In this document: positions 26,892 through 37,175 of the stretch, one piece after another
How positions within the stretch are numbered: position 1 is the stretch's first letter
How the letters are laid out: each line of letters starts with the position of its first letter
Source of the DNA: a virus
Taxonomy: Duplodnaviria > Caudoviricetes
Reading direction: 5' to 3' (one strand)
Length of the DNA: 43,224 bases
Virus record (IMG/VR): IMGVR_UViG_3300032237_000972
Location: 1 to 43,224 of that record
The notes under the pieces: generated by a model
What the model was told of the DNA's origin: nothing
Databases searched by the model: none
The model's input: the letters and a program-made list of their open reading frames with translations, nothing else
Program-made: the position numbers and the translations under genes

Positions 26892-27685
26892 CCACGGGCG
26901 CACTAATCTTTGCCTACAACAATGAACAGACAGACTATGTTGCTATGGCGGCGTGGACTGCTGAAAACATACGTAGACATTTAGGAATTCCAGTGGCGTT
27001 GGTTACAGATCGCCCTACCGAATTAAAGTTTGAGCAAGTAATTATACAGGCAACCAACGGCAACAACGGGCGTTGGTTTAGTGATTACGGAACTAATGTT
27101 GCATGGCATAATCAAACAAGAGCAAATGCTTACGAACTAACACCATGGAATCAAACACTAGTACTTGATGCCGATTATGTTGTGGCAAGTGATCAGTTAA
27201 AAAATGTACTTGCCACTAACGAAAATTTTTTAGCACATCGGTGGGCATACGACATAACCGGGCTTGATAATTTTAGTGGTCTTAATTATTTTGGCTCCTA
27301 TCATATGCCTATGTGGTGGGCTACTGTTATGATGTTTAGGCGTGGTGATCATGCTCGACTAGTATTTGAAACCATGGTTATGATTAGAGACAATTGGACG
27401 CACTATCGAAATATCTATAAAAACTCCAACGGAACATATCGCAACGATCATGCTCTCAGTATAGCACTTGGCGTGGTCAACGGACACACACTTGATCATG
27501 CTGGTATTCCATGGAACTTAGCAAGCCTAACTCCAGATCATCAATTAACACAATTGGCATCTGACCACTATCGCGTTGACTTTGTAAATTCAGACCAAAA
27601 TCGCCGGTGGATAGAATTACACAATCAAGACTTTCATGCCATGGGTAAGAAAACATTAGGAGAAATTGTTGCCAATCCTTGCTGA
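26888..27685 (+). CDS. GT-A fold nucleotide-sugar glycosyltransferase-like protein
   Basis: GALIFA N-terminal strand; RANAYELTPWNQTLVLDADY (DxD); RNDHALS; late HAMGK, as in GT8-like proteins. Confidence 0.75.
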   Translation: MTTGALIFAYNNEQTDYVAMAAWTAENIRRHLGIPVALVTDRPTELKFEQVIIQATNGNNGRWFSDYGTNVAWHNQTRANAYELTPWNQTLVLDADYVVASDQLKNVLATNENFLAHRWAYDITGLDNFSGLNYFGSYHMPMWWATVMMFRRGDHARLVFETMVMIRDNWTHYRNIYKNSNGTYRNDHALSIALGVVNGHTLDHAGIPWNLASLTPDHQLTQLASDHYRVDFVNSDQNRRWIELHNQDFHAMGKKTLGEIVANPC

Positions 27686-28394
27686 ACGTGGATACGTTAT
27701 TCCTGCCTTTGGCAATGAATATGTTAAGTGTGCTGAATTATTAAAACAAAGCATACTCAACTTTCATCCTACAGTTAACATTACGATTCTTACAACAGAA
27801 ATGTTGCCGTACGGAGACCAAGGCGGATACGCAAACGACTGGCAATGTCATTGGCTTAGTCCTTACAGACAGACAATTAAACTTGAAGCAGATATGATAT
27901 GTTCTAGTCCAATTGATTATTGGTGGACATTGTTTGAAAAGCGAGATGTTGTCGTTAGTCAAGGTGCTAGAACTTTTTATGATTGTCCTGCTGAGTCTAG
28001 ATTCTATCGTAAAATATTTGATGAGAATTCATTACCGGATGTGTATAATGCTATTACCTATTGGCGTGTTAGCCGCACGGCTACGGAATTTTTTAAATTA
28101 GTGCGTAACATATTTGAGCATTGGGCAGAATATAAACGGTTATTAAAGTTTCCTGACGAAGAGCCGACTACTGATGTGGTTTATGCCATGGCCGCTGTGA
28201 TTATAGGCGAAGAACAAGTAACCTTGCCCAAGGGATTAGGTCCTACTATTGTACACATGAAACAACATATCAATCGACTACAAACAGAAAATTGGACAAA
28301 AGAGTTAACATGGGAAAATAATCCTTTTAGGATTAATACTGTGGCGCAGTGGGGATTAGTACATTATCATATCAAGGATTGGCATTATGAGTGA
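27666..28394 (+). CDS. Second GT-A-like protein, paralog of the preceding gene (ExD variant)
   Basis: RGYVI; LSPYRQTIKLEADM aligns with LTPWNQTLVLDADY; PTTDVVYA; VHMK; VHYH. Start is TTG 27666 or 27669. Confidence 0.65.
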   Translation: MLPILAERGYVIPAFGNEYVKCAELLKQSILNFHPTVNITILTTEMLPYGDQGGYANDWQCHWLSPYRQTIKLEADMICSSPIDYWWTLFEKRDVVVSQGARTFYDCPAESRFYRKIFDENSLPDVYNAITYWRVSRTATEFFKLVRNIFEHWAEYKRLLKFPDEEPTTDVVYAMAAVIIGEEQVTLPKGLGPTIVHMKQHINRLQTENWTKELTWENNPFRINTVAQWGLVHYHIKDWHYE

Positions 28395-28731
28395 GATGAC
28401 CCCAGAAGAATTCTGGGAAATTTTACATGCGCCGGTAGAGGTTAGCCCTATATTTTATAGACTATACTATAACGATGATGGCACGCCTATTTGTTATAGC
28501 ATGGAGGACTTGCCAGGTAATTATATAGAGATAGATGCAGAAACATATCACAGAACTCCAGCAAACATTCGCATTGTTAACGGTAAATTAAAAGAAATAA
28601 AATTAGCAAGTTTAGTAAAAAAATTAGTACCAAGTGATTGTGGAACTTCATGCGATCCTAGAGATATCTGTATAGTAACCAACTCTCAACCAAATACCAA
28701 ATGGAGTATTAAAACATATGAAACAAATTGA
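28387..28731 (+). CDS. Hypothetical protein
   Basis: 114-aa ORF overlapping both neighbours, AAGGA SD; LPGNYIEIDAETY..IRIVNGKL loosely resembles tail-fibre assembly proteins. Confidence 0.55.
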   Translation: MSEMTPEEFWEILHAPVEVSPIFYRLYYNDDGTPICYSMEDLPGNYIEIDAETYHRTPANIRIVNGKLKEIKLASLVKKLVPSDCGTSCDPRDICIVTNSQPNTKWSIKTYETN

Positions 28732-29644
28732 TATTGCAGATTTAGATTGTGTATATCTCAGTTACGACGAACCACAAAAAGAAGAATTTTGGGTTAAAAT
28801 TAAAAACATAATTCCATGGGCGACCCGCGTCGATGGCGTTAAGGGATCTGATGCCGCGCACAAAGCAGCTGCTGCCGCTAGTACCACAGAAAGATTTATT
28901 CTTATTGATGGAGATAATTTTCCGTACCCTGAATTTTTTAATCAAACATTAGAATTCAAAGATGAAGAGTGGGAGTCTGCGGTGTATCGCTGGCGTGCCA
29001 AAAATAATATCAACGGCTTGATGTATGGCAATGGTGGTATTAGTTCCTGGACCAAAACATTTGTTAACAACATGCAAACTCACGAGAACACAGATGGAAC
29101 AGCAGAGAACGATGTAGAGTTTTGTTTCTACCCTAACTACTGGGCCATGCATGATTGTTTTAGCACTACGTTTCCAAATCAAAGTGAGTTTCATGCCTGG
29201 CGTGCCGGGTTTCGTGAAGGTGTAAAAATGTGTTTGAACAAAGGTACCAAGCCCAATGTCAACGAATTTAAAAATCAGGTACATCAACGCAACTTGGATC
29301 ACTTGACCATATGGCACAATATTGGACGCGATACAGAATATGGAATATGGGCTATTGCCGGAAGTCGTATGGGTACATACATGACCATGCTCACCGACTG
29401 GGACTATAAACAAGTACAAGACTTTATTGCATTGGAAGAATTATGGAAAACTGTAGAAACAAGTGATCCAGAGATACTAGCTGGGCGAGTTGCCGAAGAC
29501 CTAGATTCGCAGTTAGATCTTCCTATTACTATGTATGGGTCAGAAGAAAGCAAATTCTTTAAGTTTCACTATCGTAGTAACTGGCATAACCGAGGTATTA
29601 TGACTCGTGAAATGGATGTTATTAGGAGTCAAGAAGGTTGGTAA
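28718..29644 (+). CDS. GT-A-like glycosyltransferase domain protein
   Basis: DCVYLSYDEP...RVDGVKGSDAAHKAAA...FILIDGDN (DxD)...YGNGG...AWRAGFREGVKM; GGAG SD. Confidence 0.7.
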   Translation: MKQIDIADLDCVYLSYDEPQKEEFWVKIKNIIPWATRVDGVKGSDAAHKAAAAASTTERFILIDGDNFPYPEFFNQTLEFKDEEWESAVYRWRAKNNINGLMYGNGGISSWTKTFVNNMQTHENTDGTAENDVEFCFYPNYWAMHDCFSTTFPNQSEFHAWRAGFREGVKMCLNKGTKPNVNEFKNQVHQRNLDHLTIWHNIGRDTEYGIWAIAGSRMGTYMTMLTDWDYKQVQDFIALEELWKTVETSDPEILAGRVAEDLDSQLDLPITMYGSEESKFFKFHYRSNWHNRGIMTREMDVIRSQEGW

Positions 29645-30210
29645 AGAGATTATATCTTGATGGATGTAGTTTAACTTACGGTCAAGGTCTCGACCGTAAA
29701 GATTCTTTAGGAGCATTATTTGATACTCGTGGTGGGTATCAAGTTCTTGACTACTCAAGACCCGGTAAGAGCAACATGGCTATTGTGTTTGATACCTATC
29801 AACATTTTCGCAATTATGATACATTTGTATTAGGATTTACATATTCTTCAAGGTTTGGTTTAAAGTACAAAGATCAAAATTTAGATTTTTTTACAGGATT
29901 CCACGGGAGAGGGTCGGCTCTCGAAACAGAAACGCTTGATATTGCACAAACTGAAATGTACAAATATTTTTACTCTGTGTTTGGCTCTCCATATTGCGAT
30001 GATTTGAGTGATATGTTAATTGATACCTTGATTAGTTTTTTGATTTCACAAAACAAAAAAGTTGTCGGTTTTTCCTGGCAACAACGAAAAACAATTTGTC
30101 ATTTAGAATATCCCTTAATTGGTCCGTCTGAACGGTTTAACGACGGTCACTTAAATATCAAAGGCACTGAGCGTCTTTTTAATTTTCTACAAAATATTAT
30201 AAATGAATAA
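29638..30210 (+). CDS. SGNH/GDSL hydrolase-like protein 1
   Basis: LYLDGCSLTYG (block I Ser), PGKSN (block II), DGHLN (DxH). Confidence 0.7.
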   Translation: MVKRLYLDGCSLTYGQGLDRKDSLGALFDTRGGYQVLDYSRPGKSNMAIVFDTYQHFRNYDTFVLGFTYSSRFGLKYKDQNLDFFTGFHGRGSALETETLDIAQTEMYKYFYSVFGSPYCDDLSDMLIDTLISFLISQNKKVVGFSWQQRKTICHLEYPLIGPSERFNDGHLNIKGTERLFNFLQNIINE

Positions 30211-31606
30211 CAAAGGCGACGAAGTTACAACAGACTTTAAATCAAAGTTCTTAGGTGATGCAGAAAAGATGAAGGATATGTTAGGCCCAGCATTATGTCT
30301 AGCAAAATGGAAGCAAGTGAGTTTGCATTTGCCCACCGGGTTAAATAACAGTTGCTACCATCCTCCTTTACACGCTATACCTGCAGAGTTGTTAGCAGAC
30401 AATCCGTCAGCATTGCACAATACACCTTACAAAAAAGAACAACGCAAGATTATGTTACAGCAAGAAAGACCCACAGAGTGCGGTTACTGCTGGGCCATGG
30501 AAGATAACAATAAGTTAAGCGATAGACACTATCGTAGTGGCGAGCCATGGGCCGCTAAAGATTTTAACGCTATAATGAATAGCACAGGAGATGAAGATGT
30601 CAACCCCAGTTATGTTGAAGTTAATTTTAATCATGCTTGTAACCTTAAATGTAGTTATTGTAGTCCTCAGTTTAGTTCGAGTTGGCAACAAGAAGTGGAC
30701 GCTAGCGGAGGATATCCTACAAGCACTGTTCATAACGATCCTAGTCATTTTACTGGCAGCCGCCGCCCTATCCCCACTCGTGATCATAACCCTTATGTAG
30801 ATGCATTTTGGGCATGGTGGCCCACCTTGTATCCAGAACTAGAACACTTCCGCATGACCGGGGGAGAGCCGTTACTGGATAAGAATACCTATCGTGTGTT
30901 TGATTATGTACTTGCTAACCCTAAACCCAACTTACACTTAAATGTAACATCAAACTTTAGCGTAGATGAGAAGTCTTGGCAGAAGTACAAGGGCTATGTT
31001 AAGCAACTGTGTGAAGGTGAAAAGATTGAACACTTCATGCAGTTTGTTAGTTTAGACGCATGGGCCTTGCAAGCCGAATACATCCGCCACGGATTGGACT
31101 TTGCATTGCTATGGGATCGAGTAAATCAATTCTTAACAGAGATTCCTGGGCGTAATTCAATTACATTTATTATAACTATGAACAACTTGTCAGTCACAAC
31201 ACTAGACGCCCTGTTTGCGGGCATCCTAGGGCTTAGACACATTTACAGCGATACCTATCAACGTGTATGGTTTGATACTCCTGTGTTACGTACACCCACT
31301 TGGCAGAGCTTGCAGATACTACCAAACAGTTATGCTGATAAGTTAGAACACTTGTGGGCATGGATGCTTAAACAACAAGAAACCGAAGCAACACGATTCA
31401 AAGGATTTAAGGACTATGAAATTGCTCGGTTGGATCGTGATATTGCTTGGATGCGATCAGGCCAAGGCAAGGATCACACAAAAGACAAAGCAGACTTTTA
31501 TCGTTTCTTTGCAGAACATGACCGTAGACGTGGCACAGATTTTTTAACAACATTTCCAGAAATGACTGAGTTCTGGCGGCAATGCCAATACTACGCACAA
31601 CAATGA
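30203..31606 (+). CDS. Radical SAM enzyme 1 with N-terminal Twitch/SPASM-like domain
   Basis: CNLKCSYC (CxxxCxxC), TGGEPL; N-terminal CLAKW..SCYH..CGYCW. Confidence 0.9.
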   Translation: MNNKGDEVTTDFKSKFLGDAEKMKDMLGPALCLAKWKQVSLHLPTGLNNSCYHPPLHAIPAELLADNPSALHNTPYKKEQRKIMLQQERPTECGYCWAMEDNNKLSDRHYRSGEPWAAKDFNAIMNSTGDEDVNPSYVEVNFNHACNLKCSYCSPQFSSSWQQEVDASGGYPTSTVHNDPSHFTGSRRPIPTRDHNPYVDAFWAWWPTLYPELEHFRMTGGEPLLDKNTYRVFDYVLANPKPNLHLNVTSNFSVDEKSWQKYKGYVKQLCEGEKIEHFMQFVSLDAWALQAEYIRHGLDFALLWDRVNQFLTEIPGRNSITFIITMNNLSVTTLDALFAGILGLRHIYSDTYQRVWFDTPVLRTPTWQSLQILPNSYADKLEHLWAWMLKQQETEATRFKGFKDYEIARLDRDIAWMRSGQGKDHTKDKADFYRFFAEHDRRRGTDFLTTFPEMTEFWRQCQYYAQQ

Positions 31607-32748
31607 TAAACGGGCGACGATTAGTAAGCGACAATATGAGCGAAGTATTTGATATACTGCTGCCGTGGACTGACGAAAAGTTTTGGGACTTTAAAAGGGT
31701 TCGCTTACAACCAGGGAGCATTTACATATTTGGTCGGCAACACTTTTTAGATAACATAGCAATGATAAAAGAGTTAGCCGAAACTGGTGACTATACTTTT
31801 ATATTTGGAAATAGTGCCGAGGGTGCGTGGACACTAGAAAGTCAACTAAAACAACTACGAGTAGATGATCTAGTACGCAAAGGCAAGATACTTGTAATTG
31901 GCGGTGCTGATATATCTCCAGAATACAACATATTAACACACGAACATTTTCTTCCTAGGATATTGGACTACGAAGAAAACATAGCAGCGCAACAATACAC
32001 AGATGAAATATTCACCAAGACTGATAAACCATATAAGTTTTTATTTTTAAATGGGCGGGCACGTCCACATCGCAAATACCTGTACGAGCATTTCAAGCGC
32101 AACGGCCTACTTGATCAGAGCTTGTGGACCATGTTGGACAGCAAACCCACAATAGTACGGCACTTTACCATGGTTGAAAATCACATCAACATCATGGCCA
32201 CTCCGAGCGAGTTACGCCGCTTGCCGGATCAGTACGAAGTACCACAATACCGCGAACCTTTATTTGGTACTATCATTCCTGACAACTGTTTCCTTAAACA
32301 AGAGTTGTTCCGCAGAGAATGGGGCGAGATATATCTAACTCCAGAGCCCTACGTAGATACTTACTTTAGTCTAGTAACCGAAACCATCTGCGCTGAAAGT
32401 CTGTACAGTTTTAGAACAGAGAAAATGGCCAAGCCATTGGCAATAGGACATCCGTTTATTGTGGCCAGCAATGCAGGCTTTTATCGCGACCTGCACAACT
32501 TAGGATTTAAAACATTTGGACACGTGATAGATGAGTCATTTGATCTAATTGAGCATCATCAAGATCGTTGTGATCGTATTGTGGAAATAGTAAAGGATTT
32601 ATGTCAACAAGATCTTGCAAGTTTCCTTAGAGAGTGTTATACTGTATGTAAATACAATCAAGATCATCTTGCCCTATTACGTGATCAAGAACGTAAAAAC
32701 TTCCCTGAAAGATTTACTCAATACATTAATGAACGACCTAGAGTTTAA
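31603..32748 (+). CDS. Putative glycosyltransferase-like protein 1 (GT10/exostosin-like C-terminus)
   Basis: ATGA overlap favours start 31603; FLFLNGRARPHR, YFSLVTET, RTEKMAKPLAIGHPFIV, LGFKTF..IDESFD; the TEK motif recalls GT10 fucosyltransferases. Confidence 0.55.
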   Translation: MINGRRLVSDNMSEVFDILLPWTDEKFWDFKRVRLQPGSIYIFGRQHFLDNIAMIKELAETGDYTFIFGNSAEGAWTLESQLKQLRVDDLVRKGKILVIGGADISPEYNILTHEHFLPRILDYEENIAAQQYTDEIFTKTDKPYKFLFLNGRARPHRKYLYEHFKRNGLLDQSLWTMLDSKPTIVRHFTMVENHINIMATPSELRRLPDQYEVPQYREPLFGTIIPDNCFLKQELFRREWGEIYLTPEPYVDTYFSLVTETICAESLYSFRTEKMAKPLAIGHPFIVASNAGFYRDLHNLGFKTFGHVIDESFDLIEHHQDRCDRIVEIVKDLCQQDLASFLRECYTVCKYNQDHLALLRDQERKNFPERFTQYINERPRV

Positions 32749-34069
32749 ACAACTAGTACTAGACCCCAAGGGTACCTTTTGTGCTGCCAAATGGTACAAT
32801 GCCACCATCTGGTTAGGCTCGGGACAAACAACAAGTTGCCATCATCCTCCTGCACACGCAATAGATGTAGAAGCAATTAAAACAAATCCTAGTGCTATAC
32901 ACAATACACCAGAAAAGAAACTAGATCGGTTAATGATGCAGACCGAACAACGACCCAAAGGTTGTGAATACTGTTGGAAGATAGAAGACATAGGTCGCGA
33001 TGCTGTTAGCGACCGTGTATATAAAAGTAAAATTTACCCTATAGAGGCCCTTAATGAAGCATACACAAAAGATCACAGAGAAGATGTCAATCTTCGCACA
33101 CTTGAAATTGCATTCGATCGCACTTGCCAATTCGCTTGTAGCTATTGTAACCCTGCTTTCAGTAGCACATGGGTTAAAGACATACAACGCAACGGCGCCT
33201 ATGAGCGCCTGGTGTCTGATGGGCGTAACCATTTTACTCATAGTCACGATAGCAGTCAACTATACCGCTTTGGCGAAACGAATCCCTATGTTGAAGCATT
33301 TTTTAAGTGGTGGGAAACAGATCTCCACCAAACACTACAAGAATTAAGAATCACCGGCGGTGAGCCGTTGATGTCGGGCGAAACCTGGAAGCTAATTGAT
33401 TGGTTTAAGACCAATCAAGGTCGTAGTACTACTCGGTTAGCCATCAACAGTAACTTGGGCATGGATGATGTAAAATTACAAGAGTTTATTGCTAGAGTTG
33501 AGGATATACCGCATCTTGAAATCTATACCAGTATGGAAGCCATTGGTCAACCGGCAGAGTATATACGTGATGGTCTTGACTATGATCAATGGATACACAA
33601 TGTATCAGAACTATTAGAACATACGTCAATCAAGGCTGTTCATTGTATGGCAACTATCAATGCCCTATGCTTGGCTAGCTTGCCAGACCTACTGACTGAA
33701 TTAGTAAACTTAAAGCGGGTGTATGGTCGAGAGCGTGTGAGCTTTACACTAAATATTTTACGCTTTCCTAGCTTTCAAAGTCCTCTGGTATTACCGGAAT
33801 ATTTGCGCCGCACATTTGAATTGAATCTGACAGAGTGGCTGCGCAACCATCGTCACAATGTGTTGATGCACGAACATGAACTAAACCATTTAAGTAGATT
33901 GGTTGATTATTTAGACGTGGTTAAAACTCCGCACAGTGAAGCATTTGAACGGCCTAAATTGTTAAATGACTTTAAGCAATTTTATAGTCAATACGATCAA
34001 CGTAGAAATAAAAACTTTACGCAGGCATTTCCCTTATTAGCAGATTGGTATGACTCAATACAAGTATAA
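32729..34069 (+). CDS. Radical SAM enzyme 2 (close paralog of enzyme 1)
   Basis: CQFACSYC, TGGEPL; CAAKW..SCHH..CEYCW. ATG 32729 preferred because alignment with the paralogs starts there. Confidence 0.9.
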   Translation: MNDLEFKQLVLDPKGTFCAAKWYNATIWLGSGQTTSCHHPPAHAIDVEAIKTNPSAIHNTPEKKLDRLMMQTEQRPKGCEYCWKIEDIGRDAVSDRVYKSKIYPIEALNEAYTKDHREDVNLRTLEIAFDRTCQFACSYCNPAFSSTWVKDIQRNGAYERLVSDGRNHFTHSHDSSQLYRFGETNPYVEAFFKWWETDLHQTLQELRITGGEPLMSGETWKLIDWFKTNQGRSTTRLAINSNLGMDDVKLQEFIARVEDIPHLEIYTSMEAIGQPAEYIRDGLDYDQWIHNVSELLEHTSIKAVHCMATINALCLASLPDLLTELVNLKRVYGRERVSFTLNILRFPSFQSPLVLPEYLRRTFELNLTEWLRNHRHNVLMHEHELNHLSRLVDYLDVVKTPHSEAFERPKLLNDFKQFYSQYDQRRNKNFTQAFPLLADWYDSIQV

Positions 34070-35309
34070 CTCAACAGACCTAGTTCGACCTACAGAGCTT
34101 ACAGAGCGTGAAGAATTCTTGCTTAAAGATTCAAAGACATTCTGTATATACCCTTGGATACACTTACACGCATACCCTACAGGAGAAGCATATCCTTGCT
34201 GTCATGCTGAAATGGCTTACCCAGTGGGCAACTGCCGCACTAATACCCTAGAAGAAATCTTCTACAATGATGAAATGACAAAACTACGCAACCGTATGGT
34301 ACATGGTATAAAATCGTCGGCTTGTCAACGCTGTTACGAGCAAGAAGAATCCGGTTTCTTTAGTGGGCGTCTTAGTGCCAACAAACATCACGGACATCAT
34401 GTTAAAAAGCTAGAGTCAATTCCGTTTGAAATGACCTATTGGGATATACGCTTTAGTAACTTGTGTAATCTAAGTTGCCGAAGCTGTGGACATATCTTTA
34501 GCTCAAGCTGGTATCAAGATCAAGCCAAGTTAGCTGGTGGTGACTGGGCAGAAAAGAATACAGTACTTAATTACGCAGGCCGTACTGCCACAGACATGTG
34601 GGAGCAATTACTACCACACTTGGACTATGTAGAGCAGATATACTTTGCCGGTGGTGAACCTTTGATGATGGCTGAACACTACAACATCCTAGATGAACTA
34701 GAACGTCGTGGACGCTTTGATGTTAGACTTATATACAACACTAACTTTACACACATCAAGTTAAAGGATCGCACTGTGTTTGATTACTGGAAGCGGTTTA
34801 AAAGTGTGGCAGTAGGTGCTAGTCTGGATGCTCAGGGTGCTAGAGCAGAGTATATTAGAAAAGGCACTGTATGGGACACTGTAGAGCGCAACCGCGAATC
34901 CATGTTAGAAATATGCCCAGATGTAGACTTTTATATCAGCCCTACCTTGAGTATAATGAACGCACTACACCTACCTACATTCCATCGTACCTGGGTAGAT
35001 CGAGGTTATATCCGGCCACAAGATCTAAACATAAACATCTTACAAGACCCTCAGCACCTGCGTATAGACATTGCACCCATCAAGTACAAGCAACGCATAC
35101 GCCAAGCATACGCAGAGCATCTAGAGTGGCTACGTCCTTTGGATCCACTCAACCGTGCTACTGTGGGATTTGAATCAGCTGTTACCTACATGATGGCTAC
35201 AGATAACTCTGCACTGATTCCTAAGTTCTGGGAAAAAACACAAGAGCTGGATCTTATACGTGGAGAAGATATATTAACAGTTATTCCCGAGCTAGAAGCA
35301 TTGAAATGA
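34050..35309 (+). CDS. Radical SAM enzyme 3 with N-terminal Twitch/SPASM-like domain
   Basis: CNLSCRSC, AGGEPL, YNTN; CIYPW..PCC..CQRC. Confidence 0.9.
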   Translation: MTQYKYNSTDLVRPTELTEREEFLLKDSKTFCIYPWIHLHAYPTGEAYPCCHAEMAYPVGNCRTNTLEEIFYNDEMTKLRNRMVHGIKSSACQRCYEQEESGFFSGRLSANKHHGHHVKKLESIPFEMTYWDIRFSNLCNLSCRSCGHIFSSSWYQDQAKLAGGDWAEKNTVLNYAGRTATDMWEQLLPHLDYVEQIYFAGGEPLMMAEHYNILDELERRGRFDVRLIYNTNFTHIKLKDRTVFDYWKRFKSVAVGASLDAQGARAEYIRKGTVWDTVERNRESMLEICPDVDFYISPTLSIMNALHLPTFHRTWVDRGYIRPQDLNINILQDPQHLRIDIAPIKYKQRIRQAYAEHLEWLRPLDPLNRATVGFESAVTYMMATDNSALIPKFWEKTQELDLIRGEDILTVIPELEALK

Positions 35310-35974
35310 GATTTAAGTTTATAAAGTTTAAGTTTGATGATTATTTCTCAACCATATACAATCATAGATCTATTGTGGGCTGTGCTGGAGATTGGATAGT
35401 AACTGGTTGTAGCCACACAGCCGGGTTTGGGGTAGAAGACAATGAAATTTATACAAATTTGTTAAGTCAACACTATACTCGTCCTGTACATAATCTAGCC
35501 TTGGGCATGAGCAATCATGCCATATGTAGACACAACATACAGCTATGGTATGAACAAGTGGGCAAGCCTGGCCTAGTTATTGTACAGTGGCCCAATCCGG
35601 TGCGCCGCACAAGTTGGAACAATGACGCAGGAGTAACTGTTAGTATAAGCCAAGATGATGCTATACTGCAAACTATGTTACGAGCCGGCGAACAAAATCT
35701 TTACGCAGATTGGTTAGACAGTGTAATTACACTAAATCAATTTTGTAGAGCCACAAAAACGCCCATAATTAATATATTGTTCGAAACACTCTCACCCAAA
35801 TATTGTGCCATTTTACAACGGCATAATATAATTGTGCATGATGATAAAAAACTGCCGGGCCAAAGCTGGGTGTTTGACAGTGCAGGAACCGACGGCCAAC
35901 ACCATAGTGCCCGGTGTCACCAACTGTGGGCAGAAAGATTACAAGGAATAGTTAATGAAGTTACCACACCCTAA
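35306..35974 (+). CDS. SGNH hydrolase-like protein 2
   Basis: VTGCSHTAGFG, NLALGMSN, IVQWP, DGQH. Confidence 0.7.
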   Translation: MRFKFIKFKFDDYFSTIYNHRSIVGCAGDWIVTGCSHTAGFGVEDNEIYTNLLSQHYTRPVHNLALGMSNHAICRHNIQLWYEQVGKPGLVIVQWPNPVRRTSWNNDAGVTVSISQDDAILQTMLRAGEQNLYADWLDSVITLNQFCRATKTPIINILFETLSPKYCAILQRHNIIVHDDKKLPGQSWVFDSAGTDGQHHSARCHQLWAERLQGIVNEVTTP

Positions 35975-37175
35975 ATTCTGTGTGTTGCCTTGGGTTAGTT
36001 TAGAAACCAGTCCTATTGGTACTGTAAGACCTTGTTGCCTGGCTGAATACGAGCTCAAAGACGCAACAGGTACAAAGTTTAATCTAGCAACTGCTGAATT
36101 TAGTACCATACAAAACAGCCAGGACATGCAGGCGTTACGTGAGCAGTTCTTGGCAGGAGACCAACCAGAAACATGCCGCAAGTGCTGGCGTGAAGAACGG
36201 TCAGGACGTACCAGCAAGCGTATGCACACACTAGATCGACTCAAGCACATGCTACCCGATCAAGCATGGACACGAGATGCTAAACCTCTAATGTTCTTGG
36301 ACCTAAAGCTGGGCAACATCTGTAACCTTAAGTGTCGTATATGCGGGTCATGGAGTTCAAGTACCTTTGCCACAGAAGAACTGGCCAACCTGGGACCAGA
36401 CCAAGATAAAAAGTCCAGCTTTCATTATACCATGCTGAAACAAGGTGCATGGCCCAGAGAGAATCCAGTGTTCTGGCGGGAACTAGCAGGTGTAGCAGAT
36501 CAAATACGTTACTTGGAGTTTACAGGTGGCGAACCATTTATGATTGAAGAGCACTTTGAACTCCTAAGAAGCCTGGTCAGCTCCGGTCTAGCTCCTAACA
36601 TTGAAATACACTACAACACCAATGGCACACAGTGGCCTCGAGATGCAGCCAGTATTTGGAAATCGTTTAAGACAGTTGAAATTGCATTCAGCATAGACGA
36701 TGTAGGTGCCCGCTTTGAATACCAACGTACCAATGCAGTATGGACCGAAGTAAACGAGAATATCACACGTTTCCGCGAACTACGTCGTCACTTGCCCAAT
36801 ATACAACTACAAGTATGCAGTACTATCAATGTATTCAACGTCAGTTATCTAGAAGAACTAAGCCATTGGATAGAAGCACAGCAGTTTGACTATGTATACT
36901 GGAACATGATGCACGAAGCCTATTACTTTAGTATCAGTACCTTGCCAGAACAAGCCAAACGAGTTGTAGCACAACGCTTAGAACTAGCCCGGGTAAACGC
37001 AGCAGACACAGCAGAGTTCGAGCGTGTGCGTGACTTTATGATGGCAGCTCCCAGTCTGGATGGAGATATCTTACGCATGAAGATAGCAGACTTAGACCGT
37101 CGGCGTGGCACAGACCTAAGACAAGTTGAGCCAGAGTTTGCCACGTTGATCAATTATGCAGGGCCGCATGGCTAA
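35955..37175 (+). CDS. Radical SAM enzyme 4 with N-terminal Twitch/SPASM-like domain
   Basis: CNLKCRIC, TGGEPF, YNTNGT; CVLPW..PCC..CRKCW; AAGGA SD. Confidence 0.9.
   Translation: MKLPHPKFCVLPWVSLETSPIGTVRPCCLAEYELKDATGTKFNLATAEFSTIQNSQDMQALREQFLAGDQPETCRKCWREERSGRTSKRMHTLDRLKHMLPDQAWTRDAKPLMFLDLKLGNICNLKCRICGSWSSSTFATEELANLGPDQDKKSSFHYTMLKQGAWPRENPVFWRELAGVADQIRYLEFTGGEPFMIEEHFELLRSLVSSGLAPNIEIHYNTNGTQWPRDAASIWKSFKTVEIAFSIDDVGARFEYQRTNAVWTEVNENITRFRELRRHLPNIQLQVCSTINVFNVSYLEELSHWIEAQQFDYVYWNMMHEAYYFSISTLPEQAKRVVAQRLELARVNAADTAEFERVRDFMMAAPSLDGDILRMKIADLDRRRGTDLRQVEPEFATLINYAGPHG

Noticed and set aside
29638-30210. Apparent T-rich composition of SGNH gene 1 and higher GC toward the window end, hinting at separate acquisition
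   Set aside because: Visual impression only; needs sliding-window GC and codon-usage computation.
32615-32728. Long N-terminal extensions given by the ORF track (also 3449, 31582, 38121, 41035)
   Set aside because: They overlap deep into upstream genes; downstream ATGs give typical short overlaps, SD sites or alignment with paralogs.
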